A stretch of DNA of 64,000 nucleotides from Neoechinorhynchus agilis (lineage: Eukaryota > Animalia > Acanthocephala): assembly GCA_051530055.1 (NCBI GenBank), contig CM121341.1:3693761-3757760 (forward strand), in the 5' to 3' direction. This document shows, one piece after another, positions 38,099 through 49,169 of this stretch. Below the pieces are notes generated by a model, which saw only the letters and a list, made by a program, of their open reading frames with translations, did no database searches and had not been told where the DNA came from. The first letter of the stretch is position 1. The number at the start of each line of letters is the position of its first letter. A program made the position numbers and the translations under genes.

Positions 38099-38547
38099 TT
38101 TTGTTGAAGCTTAAACCGATCGGAAAACCCGGCAAATGACCTTAAACTTAATTCGTTTTCTTTCGAACCTTAGAGTTTGTGATTGAACGCTTTGGTAGTT
38201 TGGATTTTGAACTTTTGTAAAGATGTTCATCATTTTAACTTTTTGATAGCGAATAATCAAATGATTGATTTTATAATTTTCAGCCTTCAGTCTATTGCTC
38301 TTGTTAGTAATTTTAATTTAACTTACAAACAAAAGACTGAAAAGGATTTTGAACATTTACAAAATATCCAATAAAAAACCAAGTTCGTCATTTCTATGTT
38401 GATCCAATACTTTTTAAACAAATATTTTTCTCTAGTTACAAACAAACAAATTTGTTTTCCTTGGGGTCGAAGAGGCATCGCCATTTTTGTGTACCCAGTC
38501 GATTTGGTTCGTATATCTTAGAATACGCAACGCACACGATCAGATCA

Positions 38548-38817
38548 ATGGGACGAAAGCAATCAAAACCAAAAAAACGAAACTACCTTTCACGAGTAAG
38601 GGAAATACTTCTAGAAGCAGCGATGCCCATCAATGATCCGGCGGATATAATTTGGTACGGAATGGCAGTGTCAGTCGATTCACTCCCGCTTCCAACTCAT
38701 TACAAATCCAATCAACATTCCAAAACTGTAGTAAAGTTGGCCGAGGAGAGAAAGCAACAACAAGAAGAAGATCTGATCGATTTTAGAGATGAAAGTTACA
38801 TCATCGACTTTAATTAA
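38548..38817 (+). CDS. Hypothetical 89-aa protein starting MGRKQS
   Basis: The ATG is 4 nt after CAG. The N-terminus has the MGxxxS pattern plus basic residues, and the C-terminal part is duplicated at 41068-41158. Confidence 0.35.
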   Translation: MGRKQSKPKKRNYLSRVREILLEAAMPINDPADIIWYGMAVSVDSLPLPTHYKSNQHSKTVVKLAEERKQQQEEDLIDFRDESYIIDFN

Positions 38818-39044
38818 TTTTGAAAAAACTAGATATCGGGTCCAACATTAGCAAAACTATTTCAAAATATCGATCCGTCATTTAACCAAATAAATAAACA
38901 ATTTACCCCTTTTTTGTCCAATAAACCGATGTGTCGTTTTTAGGCGACTTTACGAATTTATCAGGGGACCATTCAATCTACGGAAAATGAATGCATTAAT
39001 CAATATATGCAAAAAAATATTTTACCAATTAACAGTAGCGCCCT

Positions 39045-40885
39045 CTTGCAGGAAAAATTCTCCGCAAATGTATTACAGAGAAAACCGGACAGCAACATCG
39101 TCCAGTCCAACTGCACATCCTGCGGGGCGGAAGCTATTGTCCACTCGCTCCGAAACTTTGCTACGAGAAGCTCAGAGCCCTGCGTGATTCTTAAGTGTGA
39201 TTTTCGGAACGCTATTAACTCTCTCGATAGAGAAATCATGTTTTGCGCAGTTATGGATCACGCACCAGAAGCCTTCCAGTATTTTCTCAATGCCTACGGG
39301 ACGGCGACTCCTTTGCTTTTCGAAGACAACCTCATTTGGCCCGAAAGAGGAGTGCAGCAAGGAGATCCCCTCGGTCCAATCGAATTCTCTCTAACAGTAA
39401 ATCCAATAGCGCACTCTCTCCATTCCAGCTTCAATGCTTGGTACTTGGATGACGCTACGCTCGGAGGTGACCCCACCGTTGTACTGCGCGATTTGGAGAC
39501 GCTGATTAGGGAGACCTCGAAGATGGGCATTGAGCTCAATGCTGGAAAATGTGAGCTCCTTGTACTGAATATTGGAGACGCCGCGAAAGTCAAAGAACTA
39601 ATGGCTGGGTTCGAGGCCGCAGCTCCAAGTCTGAAACTCGTGACTCGGGAACAACTCAGCCTCCTGGGCAGTTGCGTCTTCGATTCAAATGTGGAAGATG
39701 AGATCGGCCGTATCGTACCGAAACTTTCGTTGCTGTGCGATAGGGTGAGCGCTCTCTCAGCTCATGAAGCCTTGTTTCTCATAAAGAAAGCACTCTTTAC
39801 CCTAAAAGCCTTATATAAGGTCCGCACAGCAACATTCTTCAAACATAAGGAAGGATTGGCTAAGCTGGACGATAAGGTGAGGGCATGCCTCGAGCGTATT
39901 TTAAATGTCCAGCTCTCAGATGAGGCGTGGCGACAAGCTTCTTTGCCTGTGTCATCTGGGGGATTGGGCATTCGGGCGCTAGTAAACCTTGCCTTGCCAG
40001 CCTTTCTTGGATTGTATGAGAAGAGTCAACCGATAGCAGAGACCAAGACTGCGATGGCGGTTGAGGAATGGTACCAGCAGACAGGCGCTAACCATGTTCC
40101 CGTGAATGGCCCCAGACAGTCGATCTGGGACGGACCTCTCGTCGTGAGAGCTCACAGCTCTCTACTTTCCAATTCTCGCGATGGGGTCGTCCGAGCTAGA
40201 CTGTTGGCAGTTTCAACACGGGAATCTGGGCCGTGGTTGGAGGCTGTTCCTCTGGCATCAGTGGGAACTCTTCTCACTGATGAAGTAACGAGGATCGCAG
40301 TGTCTTTAAGACTTGATCTCCCGATATGCACGCCCCATCGCTGTCGATGTGGGTCTTTGGTTGATGCTTTCGGGCGACACTCTCGTTTGCCGAAAGTCAG
40401 AAGGAAGGTTCTCACGTCATTCTGAGATCAATCGCGTAATCTCTCGGGCGTTGAGAACGGCGAACTTCCCCAACGTCTTGAAACCCGCCCATCATTGTCG
40501 ACTATACGGTCTTCGACCTGACGGAATTTCGGTCTTTCGGTGGCGGGAGGGCAAATGCCTTCCCTGGAACGCCACGCGTGTGGACACCCTCGCAGTAAGC
40601 AACATTCCCTACCACTCTCTCGAAATCGCTGGAGGTGCCGCCAATGCTAGCGAGGACCCACTATTTTGTCCCCTTTGGGGTAGAGACGTATGGAGCGCTC
40701 GGCAGCTCGGCACTCTCTCTGCTCCAGGATGTCTCGAAGAAATTGATAGAAGCAACCGGAGACTCAAGAGCAGGTGTATTCCTTCGACAAAATATCGCGC
40801 TAACAGTACAACGGGGCAATGCTGCCAGCGTGATGGCGACGGTCGAGGAAGGACAAAAGCTGGAATTCGGCGGGAAGTGGTGATT
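39045..40885 (+). mobile_element. CRE-like non-LTR retrotransposon, 5'-truncated, RT + CCHC + restriction-like endonuclease, frameshifted
   Basis: Contains QQGDPLGP, WYLDD, LPVSSGGLGIR, CRCG..D.FGRH, LRPDG..W..G..LPWNAT..DT and IALTVQRGNA. Highly similar to the inverted copy at 24595-26100. Confidence 0.93.
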
Positions 40886-41269
40886 GCACGTTTTGTGCTC
40901 TATTATGTTATGAAAAACAAAAAAGTTAAAAGAAAGAAAAAATATATTTTCATTCTCGATTTTCTAAAAACACATAAACACCTACAAAAAATAATAGAAA
41001 ACCGGGATCGCGATATCCGGATAAGAAAGGGCCATAACGACGTTATTTCCTTTAAGCATAAAATTTAACAAATCCAACCAACGGTCCAAAGTTGCCGTAA
41101 AGTTGGCCGAGGAGAGAAAGCAACCCGAAGAATATCTGATTGATTTTAGAGATGAAAGCACCCTAAATAACCATTGTTTATATTTCCATAAGTTCCTTAA
41201 TTTGATTAATTATGTGTTTTTTTGAAGACGTAGAACGTTTATTTGCTAGTTCTGCTACAATCACCACCG

Positions 41270-41390
41270 TCCGCAAAATCGGAGCTTCTCGCCTTCCCCG
41301 GTTGTCGCTATCACGCTAGCAGCATTGCCTCGTTGTATTTTGTCTCAGGAATACAGCTGCTCGTGCGTCGAAGGTCGTTTCTCGGAACTA
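41270..41390 (-). mobile_element. Inverted, diverged fragment of the CRE-like 3' end
   Basis: ATCACGCTAGCAGCATTGCCTCGTTGTA and GGAATACAGCTGCTC are reverse-complement matches to ~40765-40880. Confidence 0.65.
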
Positions 41391-41701
41391 AATAAATATC
41401 CCAATGTCCATGATTTCTCTTAATAACCATTAAGGCGAAAATTTCAACCTATTTGATGTATCCTCAACGTTCACGAATTAATGATGATGGATACACGGAG
41501 ATGGGGACGTCTAGAAAAACTTTCTCAAAAATCTGTACTTTTCTGTCAGGTACTGACTTCAAATATAATCGGCAATAATAAAAGAGTGTATTCCAATATT
41601 ATTGATTGAAGATTTAAACGGCGAATAGAAACAAAAATTTTCTAGTTAACCATTTTTGCAAATAAAACCGTATATCCTATCGAGAGAAAATCCATATCGG
41701 G

Positions 41702-42034
41702 ATGGCAAATGTTGACTTGTATGGTCATTTTATTATTAGGAAATATTTCGAAAGTGAGAAAACCTCTCCTTATCAAACGTGGACACTGGCTTTTTCGTCG
41801 GACCGCGTGATGTATATAAGACGGATTCAGCCAAAGACGACGTTCAACAAAGCTTATAATACACGTTTATTGTTAAAAAATACAAAGAATAGGAGGATCC
41901 ATGTACCTTTGGGTCCTTCCGAGACTTTCAAGTACATTCATTTGTTATTCTGCGACGAAAATGTTCTGTCGTTGGACCATTTCGTTTTTAATACACAAGA
42001 GCATCCACTCTCAATCGATGGGATTTCGAAGTAA
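41702..42034 (+). CDS. Hypothetical 110-aa ORF
   Basis: ATG-initiated ORF in unique sequence with no motif recognised. Confidence 0.2.
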   Translation: MANVDLYGHFIIRKYFESEKTSPYQTWTLAFSSDRVMYIRRIQPKTTFNKAYNTRLLLKNTKNRRIHVPLGPSETFKYIHLLFCDENVLSLDHFVFNTQEHPLSIDGISK

Positions 42035-42879
42035 ATAATAAATCATGCAATTTTTGCCGTGCGATTGATGAAGTGAGGTTTCCTCTTTCGCAATATATCG
42101 TTACAATATAATGATTTCTCCGTTTTCCATGTAATTTTAATAGGATCTTTTTAAATTTAAAAACGCAGCTGCATACCTCACCTAAAAGGTTCTTAAAATG
42201 TGACAATTTTTTATCGGTAAGTTTAAGTATTCTAAAACCGTAACAACGAGCTGCATTAACGAGTTTTATAATTGTGAAAATATATTTAATCTCGATTTTC
42301 TTTAAAAATAAACAGCCACGCACAAAAAATCATAGAAAATCGAATCAACGGCGTTATTTCCTCTAAGCATCGGATTCTCGCTTGTCTCGGATAAACAGAT
42401 GAAGGATTTTCGAAAAATTACTTTGCCAAATGAATATGGAGTATAAAGGAAATTTTATTAAAGGATCTTGCTTGAGAAATATTTTATTCTGATTAAGCCG
42501 TGAATTGAGTCTTAAACTTGCGTCGAGCAATAAAAAAATTAGAATCCGTCATTTTTGTTATACGTTCAAGGATCGATCTGTGCCCTTAGAACTTTAAACA
42601 CTTAAATTATTAAAATCTTAAATTTACTAATAGAAATCTCAAAACAACTCATTTGTCTGCTTGTAGCATTCATAAGAACTTTTTGTTTTATATAAAAGCA
42701 ACATAGCTGTCGATAAAAAAAGGAGCGGAAAATCTTATAGGAAAATGCCTAAAGTTTCAATATTATTCACTGTAACTTATCCCTGGTAGCGAGAATTCAT
42801 AATTCTTTTACTTCAGATTCTCGTAATCTGATGAACCGGAAGGGCGGCAATCTCGACTGGAGAATCGCTGTTTTTCTCT

Positions 42880-43520
42880 CCAACGAGACAGTAAGGATTG
42901 CAGTGTCCCTGTAACTTCAGGTACCGATGTGCACATTCCATCGCTGCCGTTGCGGAGCGACCTTGGATCCATTGGGACGAAATGGTCTCGTCTGTCGGCA
43001 ATCAGACGGAAGGTACTGACGATACGCCGAAATGAACGCAATTCTCTTAGTCGTGCCCTGAATACTGTGAATGCGGTCAACATCCGAGAGCCGATCAATC
43101 TTTGCCGACTCGATGGCCTTAGACCGGACGGTGTCACAGTAGTCCCGTGGCGAGAAGGCAAATGCCTTCTCCGGGACGCCACGTTCGTGGACACGCTCGA
43201 AGCCAGCAATAAACGGAGGAGCAGCAACCGCCGCTGACTAACGCAAAAGGACAAAATACAGGGACCTGAGTCGAAATCATTATTTCGTTCTCTTTGGCGT
43301 CGAGACAGTGGGGTCGTTTGGTACAGCGGCCAAGAACCTGGTCAAACAATTGTCCAAGCGATTGAGACGAATTACTAACGTTCCGAGATCAGGAGCATTC
43401 CTCCTGCAAAACATAAGTCTAACTTCGCAACGGAAGGGAATCGATGCATCTTTGAGTTCGACCATTACACCAGGACGGCAGCTGAGTGATTCAGAGCGAT
43501 GGTGTGAATGTTTCTCGAAC
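42880..43520 (+). mobile_element. CRE-like RLE endonuclease 3' fragment
   Basis: Contains EPINLCRLDGLRPDGVTVVPWREGKCLLRDATFVDT and GSFG..A..LVKQL..RL...SGAFLLQNISL. Confidence 0.85.
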
Positions 43521-44016
43521 TCTTACTTTTAATTTTATGCAGATTAACAAACAATTGAGACGAATCTCGGAATAGATTAAAATTCTGAATTAAGCGCTTT
43601 TCGTTAGCTAAAATACTGGAATTTTGTATCATAGATTTGAGCTAATTTTTTATGTCCAAAGTATATAATAAGGAAATTTCGTAAAGGAAAAACAGAACAT
43701 TTTATTTCTCGATTTGACCGATAAACAATTTAGGCAACTGATTTTTCATCGGTTCCACAAATTGTTATTCAACTATTTTATGTGAAGATTTAAAAAAAAG
43801 AGAACGGAAAAGCGTTGAAAGGTAAAAAAATCAAATTCGTCGACCTGAATTAAAATTGAATTTCGCAATTTAAATCCCTTTAAAAACTTTAACGCAATCC
43901 ATTTTCGACTGTTAATATTCAAAAAAATCAATATGGCGCAATCGGTCAACGGTACCAGTATTTAAATGTAACATTTTGAACCATTTAGCCAACAACAATT
44001 TTAGTGTTTTCGACAA

Positions 44017-44310
44017 ATGCCACCTCAAATAACCGCTCGAAAAATGATATCAATGTTCAGGAAGTATGGAAAGCGGATAGATATTCGTGATGCAGAGTTC
44101 ATCATCAACTACATTTCAGACTTTTCAGGCAGCACGAATCTCGACGGGTTGGATTATGTGGATTTCGCGTATTTTTTAAGACATCTCAACGTTGATAAAG
44201 CAACAAGACAGATACCATGTGGAGCGGCTCTAGTTAAGATGAAAATGGATTTGGAAAATGATGGACTTGATTTGGTTGAAAAAGATCCAAGTCAAATGTT
44301 ATCCCCTTAA
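44017..44310 (+). CDS. Small protein with a degenerate EF-hand-pair-like pattern (possibly a last exon)
   Basis: ITARKMISMFRKYGKRIDIRDAEFII...DGLDYVDFAYFL parallels the calmodulin-lobe spacing (IS..EL...LG......E...MI...G.V.YEEF). A TTTTTAG acceptor lies 12 nt upstream and AATAAA is at ~44444. Confidence 0.4.
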   Translation: MPPQITARKMISMFRKYGKRIDIRDAEFIINYISDFSGSTNLDGLDYVDFAYFLRHLNVDKATRQIPCGAALVKMKMDLENDGLDLVEKDPSQMLSP

Positions 44311-44504
44311 AATCTGACTAAGTGAGGATTATTTGTTCAGTTTATTTTAGAAGAACCGTTTTTGACATTTTTTTGTATTTGCACAATTGGAAAATTGGTG
44401 GTTGGGTACTCAGTAAACTTAAAAAGTGCAAAAAAAGCTTACAATAAAGGGTAATGTTACTTGAACGCGATGAAGAATACATATATTAATAATATTTCTT
44501 TGAT

Positions 44505-46722
44505 TTCCAATTACATGTAATAATCGACTTTTGACCTTGATTAAAATAAATAGAACTCAAAATACGTTTAAAATCCATACTTTTTAAATGGTTTTGAATA
44601 CACAACTTTAAATCGGGGCCCAGTGGTGTGTGCGTTCAAAATGAGCTCGATTGGTCGCTGGTTCAAGTCCACTGAATTCCACGGGGGTTGCGGGGGGTCA
44701 GGTTTGAGGTCGCCCATCGGCCCCAAAAGTGGGTTGGCCCTGTCCCTTCGAGGGCTGAGCGCCTCCGAAGTGTGTGAGTTGGCAAAGAGGCTCAAAAGAA
44801 GATGTCGCAAGACCCTGAGTGTATGCGATTTCAGATAAACATTAAATTTATAATAAATTTCCAATTACATGTAATAATCGACTTTTGACCTTGATTAAAA
44901 TAAATGGAACTCAAAATACGTTTAAAATCCATACTTTTTAAATGGTTTTGAATACACAACTTTAAATCGGGGCCCAGTGGTGTGTGCGTTCAAAATGAGC
45001 TCGATTGGTCGCTGGTTCAAGTCCACTGAATTCCACGGGGGTTGCGGGGGGTCAGGTTTGAGGTCGCCCATCGGCCCCAAAAGTGGGTTGGCCCTGTCCC
45101 TTCGAGGGCGGCTGAGCGCCTCCGAAGTGTGTGAGTTGGCAAAGAGGCTCAAAAGAAGATGTCGTAAGACCCTGAGTGTATGCGATTTCAGATAAACATT
45201 AAATTTATAATAAATTTCCAATTACATGTAATAATCGACTTTTGACCTTGATTAAAATAAATGGAACTCAAAATACGTTTAAAATCCATACTTTTTAAAT
45301 GGTTTTGAATACACAACTTTAAATCGGGGCCCAGTGGTGTGTGCGTTCAAAATGAGCTCGATTGGTCGCTGGTTCAAGTCCACTGAATTCCACGGGGGTT
45401 GCGGGGGGTCAGGTTTGAGATCGCCCATCGGCCCCAAAAGTGGGTTGGCCCTGTCCCTTCGAGGGCGGCTGAGCGCCTCCGAAGTGTGGAGTTGGCAAAG
45501 AGGCTCAAAAGAAGATGTCGTAAGACCCTGAGTGTATGCGATTTAAGATAAACATTAAATTTATAATAAATTTCCAATTACATGTAATAATCGACTTTTG
45601 ACCTTGATTAAAATAAATGGAACTCAAAATACGTTTAAAATCCATACTTTTTAAATGGTTTTGAATACACAACTTTAAATCGGGGCCCAGTGGTGTGTGC
45701 GTTCAAAATGAGCTCGATTGGTCGCTGGTTCAAGTCCACTGAATTCCACGGGGGTTGCGGGGGGTCAGGTTTGAGATCGCCCATCGGCCCAAAAGTGGGT
45801 TGGCCCTGTCCCTTCGAGGGCGGCTGAGCGCCTCCGAAGTGTGTGAGTTGGCAAAGAGGCTCAAAAGAAGATGTCTGACCCTGAGTGTATGCGATTTAAG
45901 ATAAACATTAAATTTATAATAAATTTCCAATTACATGTAATAATCGACTTTTGACCTTGATTAAAATAAATGGAACTCAAAATACGTTTAAAATCCATAC
46001 TTTTTAAATGGTTTTGAATACACAACTTTAAATCGGGGCCCAGTGGTGTGTGCGTTCAAAATGAGCTCGATTGGTCGCTGGTTCAAGTCCACTGAATTCC
46101 ACGGGGGTTGCGGGGGGTCAGGTTTGAGGTCGCCCATCGGCCCCAAAAGTGGGTTGGCCCTGTCCCTTCGAGGGCGGCTGAGCGCCTCCGAAGTGTGTGA
46201 GTTGGCAAAGAGGCTCAAAAGAAGATGTCGCAAGACCCTGAGTGTATGCGATTTAAGATAAACATTAAATTTATAATAAATTTCCAATTACATGTAATAA
46301 TCGACTTTTGACCTTGATTAAAATAAATGGAACTCAAAATACGTTTAAAATCCATACTTTTTAAATGGTTTTGAATACACAACTTTAAATCGGGGCCCAG
46401 TGGTGTGTGCGTTCAAAATGAGCTCGATTGGTCGCTGGTTCAAGTCCACTGAATTCCACGGGGGTTGCGGGGGGTCAGGTTTGAGATCGCCCAAAAGTGG
46501 GTTGGCCCTGTCCCTTCGAGGGCGGCTGAGCGCCTCCGAAGTGTGTGAGTTGGCAAAGAGGCTCAAAAGAAGATGTCGCAAGACCCTGAGTGTATGCGAT
46601 TTAAGATAAACATTAAATTTATAATAAATTTCCAATTACATGTAATAATCGACATTTGACCTTGATTAAAATAAATAGAACTCAAAATACGTTTAAAATC
46701 CATGCTTTTTAAATGGTTTTGA
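44505..46722 (+). repeat. Tandem array 4, ~357-bp unit, ~6 copies; ~200-nt core homologous (inverted) to the array 2 core
   Basis: Repeated ORF starts at 45988 and 46345. Core 44615-44814 has a canonical B-box GGTTCAAGTCC (44660-44670) and shares TCAGGTTTGAGGTCGCCCATCGGCCCCAAA...GGTTGGCCCTGTCCCTTCGAG...AAAAGAAGATGTCGCAAGACC with array 2. Confidence 0.96.
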
Positions 46723-46816
46723 ATGCATATTTCTAAACTCTTATTGAAATTAAAGAAATCATTCTTCCAGGAAACTTTCTCAAACGTGTTTCCCAAGTAT
46801 TTCTTAACTTAGGACG

Positions 46817-47260
46817 ATGGGAATTCTTCAGTTCATTGGTCCAAGTTGCGGTCTTCACAGTGTCCTGAACATGATGATATTCTCGGGTTCAATCATCCCA
46901 ATAATAATCATCCTTCAGCCGCCGGAGACCTTTACCGATCAACGCATTCAATCGCTCTTTTTCTCGTTTACATTCGGAATGGCATACGTTTCATTGTTCA
47001 ACTCTCTAAGACTACCACCTAAAGGTAAACTCTTCTATGCTGTAATGTTCAAAGCGATTTGCATTGCAATCTATTCCGCGGCTTCCGTTTACGTGTCTAT
47101 TCTTTTAATAGTCAAGAGAACAAAAGCCCTCGTTTTTCTCACTGTTGTGTACAGTGGATGTACGTTCATTTCAATAATCAATATCATTAATCTATGGGCA
47201 AGAAGATCAAAATCAAAAACGGATATTGAACGATGCCGAGAAATGCTATTCATAAATTAA
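46817..47260 (+). CDS. Hypothetical 147-aa membrane protein, ~4 hydrophobic segments
   Basis: Intact ATG-to-TAA ORF with four hydrophobic stretches and a basic C-terminal tail. TTCTTAACTTAG lies 4 nt upstream of the ATG. Confidence 0.55.
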   Translation: MGILQFIGPSCGLHSVLNMMIFSGSIIPIIIILQPPETFTDQRIQSLFFSFTFGMAYVSLFNSLRLPPKGKLFYAVMFKAICIAIYSAASVYVSILLIVKRTKALVFLTVVYSGCTFISIINIINLWARRSKSKTDIERCREMLFIN

Positions 47261-47399
47261 ACCCTTTTGATCGTTCATTCCGGCTAATAAACATCGCAAT
47301 GATTCTTTTACTTTTTAAGCTTTGAGACATAACCGCATTCTTTTTTTTGAACTCAAAGCTCAATCTGAACTTAAATGCTAAATCAGTGCTACGACCAGT

Positions 47400-48990
47400 C
47401 CAGCATGCTGCTGTTCGGCAAGTTCCAGGTCAAATCAGCAGAGACCGGTTAACAAGGTAATCCTCTTGGTCCTCTGCTGTTCACATTGACGATCAATCAT
47501 CTTGCCCACAACTCTTCGTCAGTGTTATCGATCTGGTGGTACCTTGACGACTGTTGCATGGGAAGAGAGGTCGACCAGCTCATCCGCGACATTAAAAACA
47601 TCTCCGAAATGGGTGCCGATGTCGGACTATTCCTGAGAACGGACAAATGCGAAATAATTTCGGACGACCAAGAGGATGCATCGAGACTGCTCACCGTACT
47701 ACCCGGAGCAAAGGCAACTGCAACCGACTCAGCTGACATTCTCGGGTCTCCAATCGGTAACCTGTCTAACCTGGAAACGTTCCTTTCAAAAGCCATCGAT
47801 CAATTGCGGCTCATTGCCTCCAGGCTCTTGCACATCGCGCGACACGGCGCTCTGTTCATATTATCACGATGTCTGTCGCTACCGAAGATTGCGTACCTTC
47901 TGAGGACTTCTCCATGCTTCAAGTCAGTGCCCACCAAGGATTTCGACAACTGCGTTCTATCAACCCTGTCAGAAGTCCTTAAACTACGACTGTCCGACAC
48001 AGCATGGAAACGGGCGACCCTTCCCATTCGATTCAGCGGTCTTGGCATCCAGAGTGCCACCGAAGTAGCAATTCCTGCCTTTTCGTCGTCGATTTCGGTC
48101 TCTTCAGACCTGGTGATCATCCCACCACACATTCGACACGAGTCGCATCCACCATCTGAACTGATCGAAGCACACGCTCAATGGACATCAGTGTTCGGGC
48201 AGGTCGTTCCAACGGAAACAAACTCCCAAAAACGTTAAACTGCCTCGCTCCACACTGCGTCCTATCAGTAGCTTCTCAACTCATGCTCATCTCCCACCGA
48301 TAGAGCTCGTCTCCCGGCAGTCCCAGCTACACACTCCAGCGACTTCTTGAAGGCTTTCCCGATCACGGCTCTTGGCACGAGGCTGAATGACCAAGCCATC
48401 ACCGTCGCTGTGGGACTTCGGTTGGGCATCCAATTCTCAGACTCATGTATATGTCGGTGCGGTGGAATAGTGAATAGGTCGAAAACTCACGGCCTTGACT
48501 GCAAGCGTTCAAATGCTCGCCACGCACGGCACTCAGCAGTCAACCGCATAATCAAGGAAGCCATCTCAACGATCGGTTCTCCCGCTCGACTCGAACCAGT
48601 CCGACTCTCCCGGAACGACGGTAAACGCCCGGATGGAGCCTTCCCATGGTGCTCCGGGAAAATACTGGTTTTGGATTTTACGTGCCCGTCAGATTCAGCG
48701 AAGAAAGGGAGCGCCATAAGTATTCCTCTCTCGATGGGCATCAATATATATTCATCATCCGGTTGCGGTGGAAACACTGGGATACCTCGGAAAAGAAGCC
48801 GATTATTTCCTTTCCCGGCTGGGAAAGATGCTAAAACATGCCACCGGCGATATGCGATCCAGCAGCTTCCTGCTGCAGCGAATCAGCGCTTCGATCCAAC
48901 GAGGCAATGCCGCGGACGTCAAGGAAGCTGCCGAACAAACATGACGACAGCTGCAGAATCGGACGAAAGGAGTAATTTGGGAACGAAAAT
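47400..48990 (+). mobile_element. CRE-like non-LTR retrotransposon, third subfamily, 5'-truncated and degenerate
   Basis: Contains QQGNPLGPLLF, WWYLDD, ATLPIRFSGLGI, CRCGG..HGLDCK and RNDGKRPDG..W..G..LVLDFTC. Confidence 0.9.
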
Positions 48991-49169
48991 AATTGTCTTG
49001 ATTTTTTATATTCAATATAATTCGCTATATAAAAGTAAATGATGAACATCTTTACAATTAGTCTAATTGTAAAAGAGAACCAATAAACGGACTTATTATT
49101 CAATCATCATTTTCGCATGAGGATTAAAACACCCAAGCACAAAAGAAGAATAACATGAACCAAAAACAA

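Noticed and set aside
42825-42860. CTGATGA-A-CCG...CGG motif
   Set aside because: It is followed by CAAT instead of GAAA, and there are no stems I or III.
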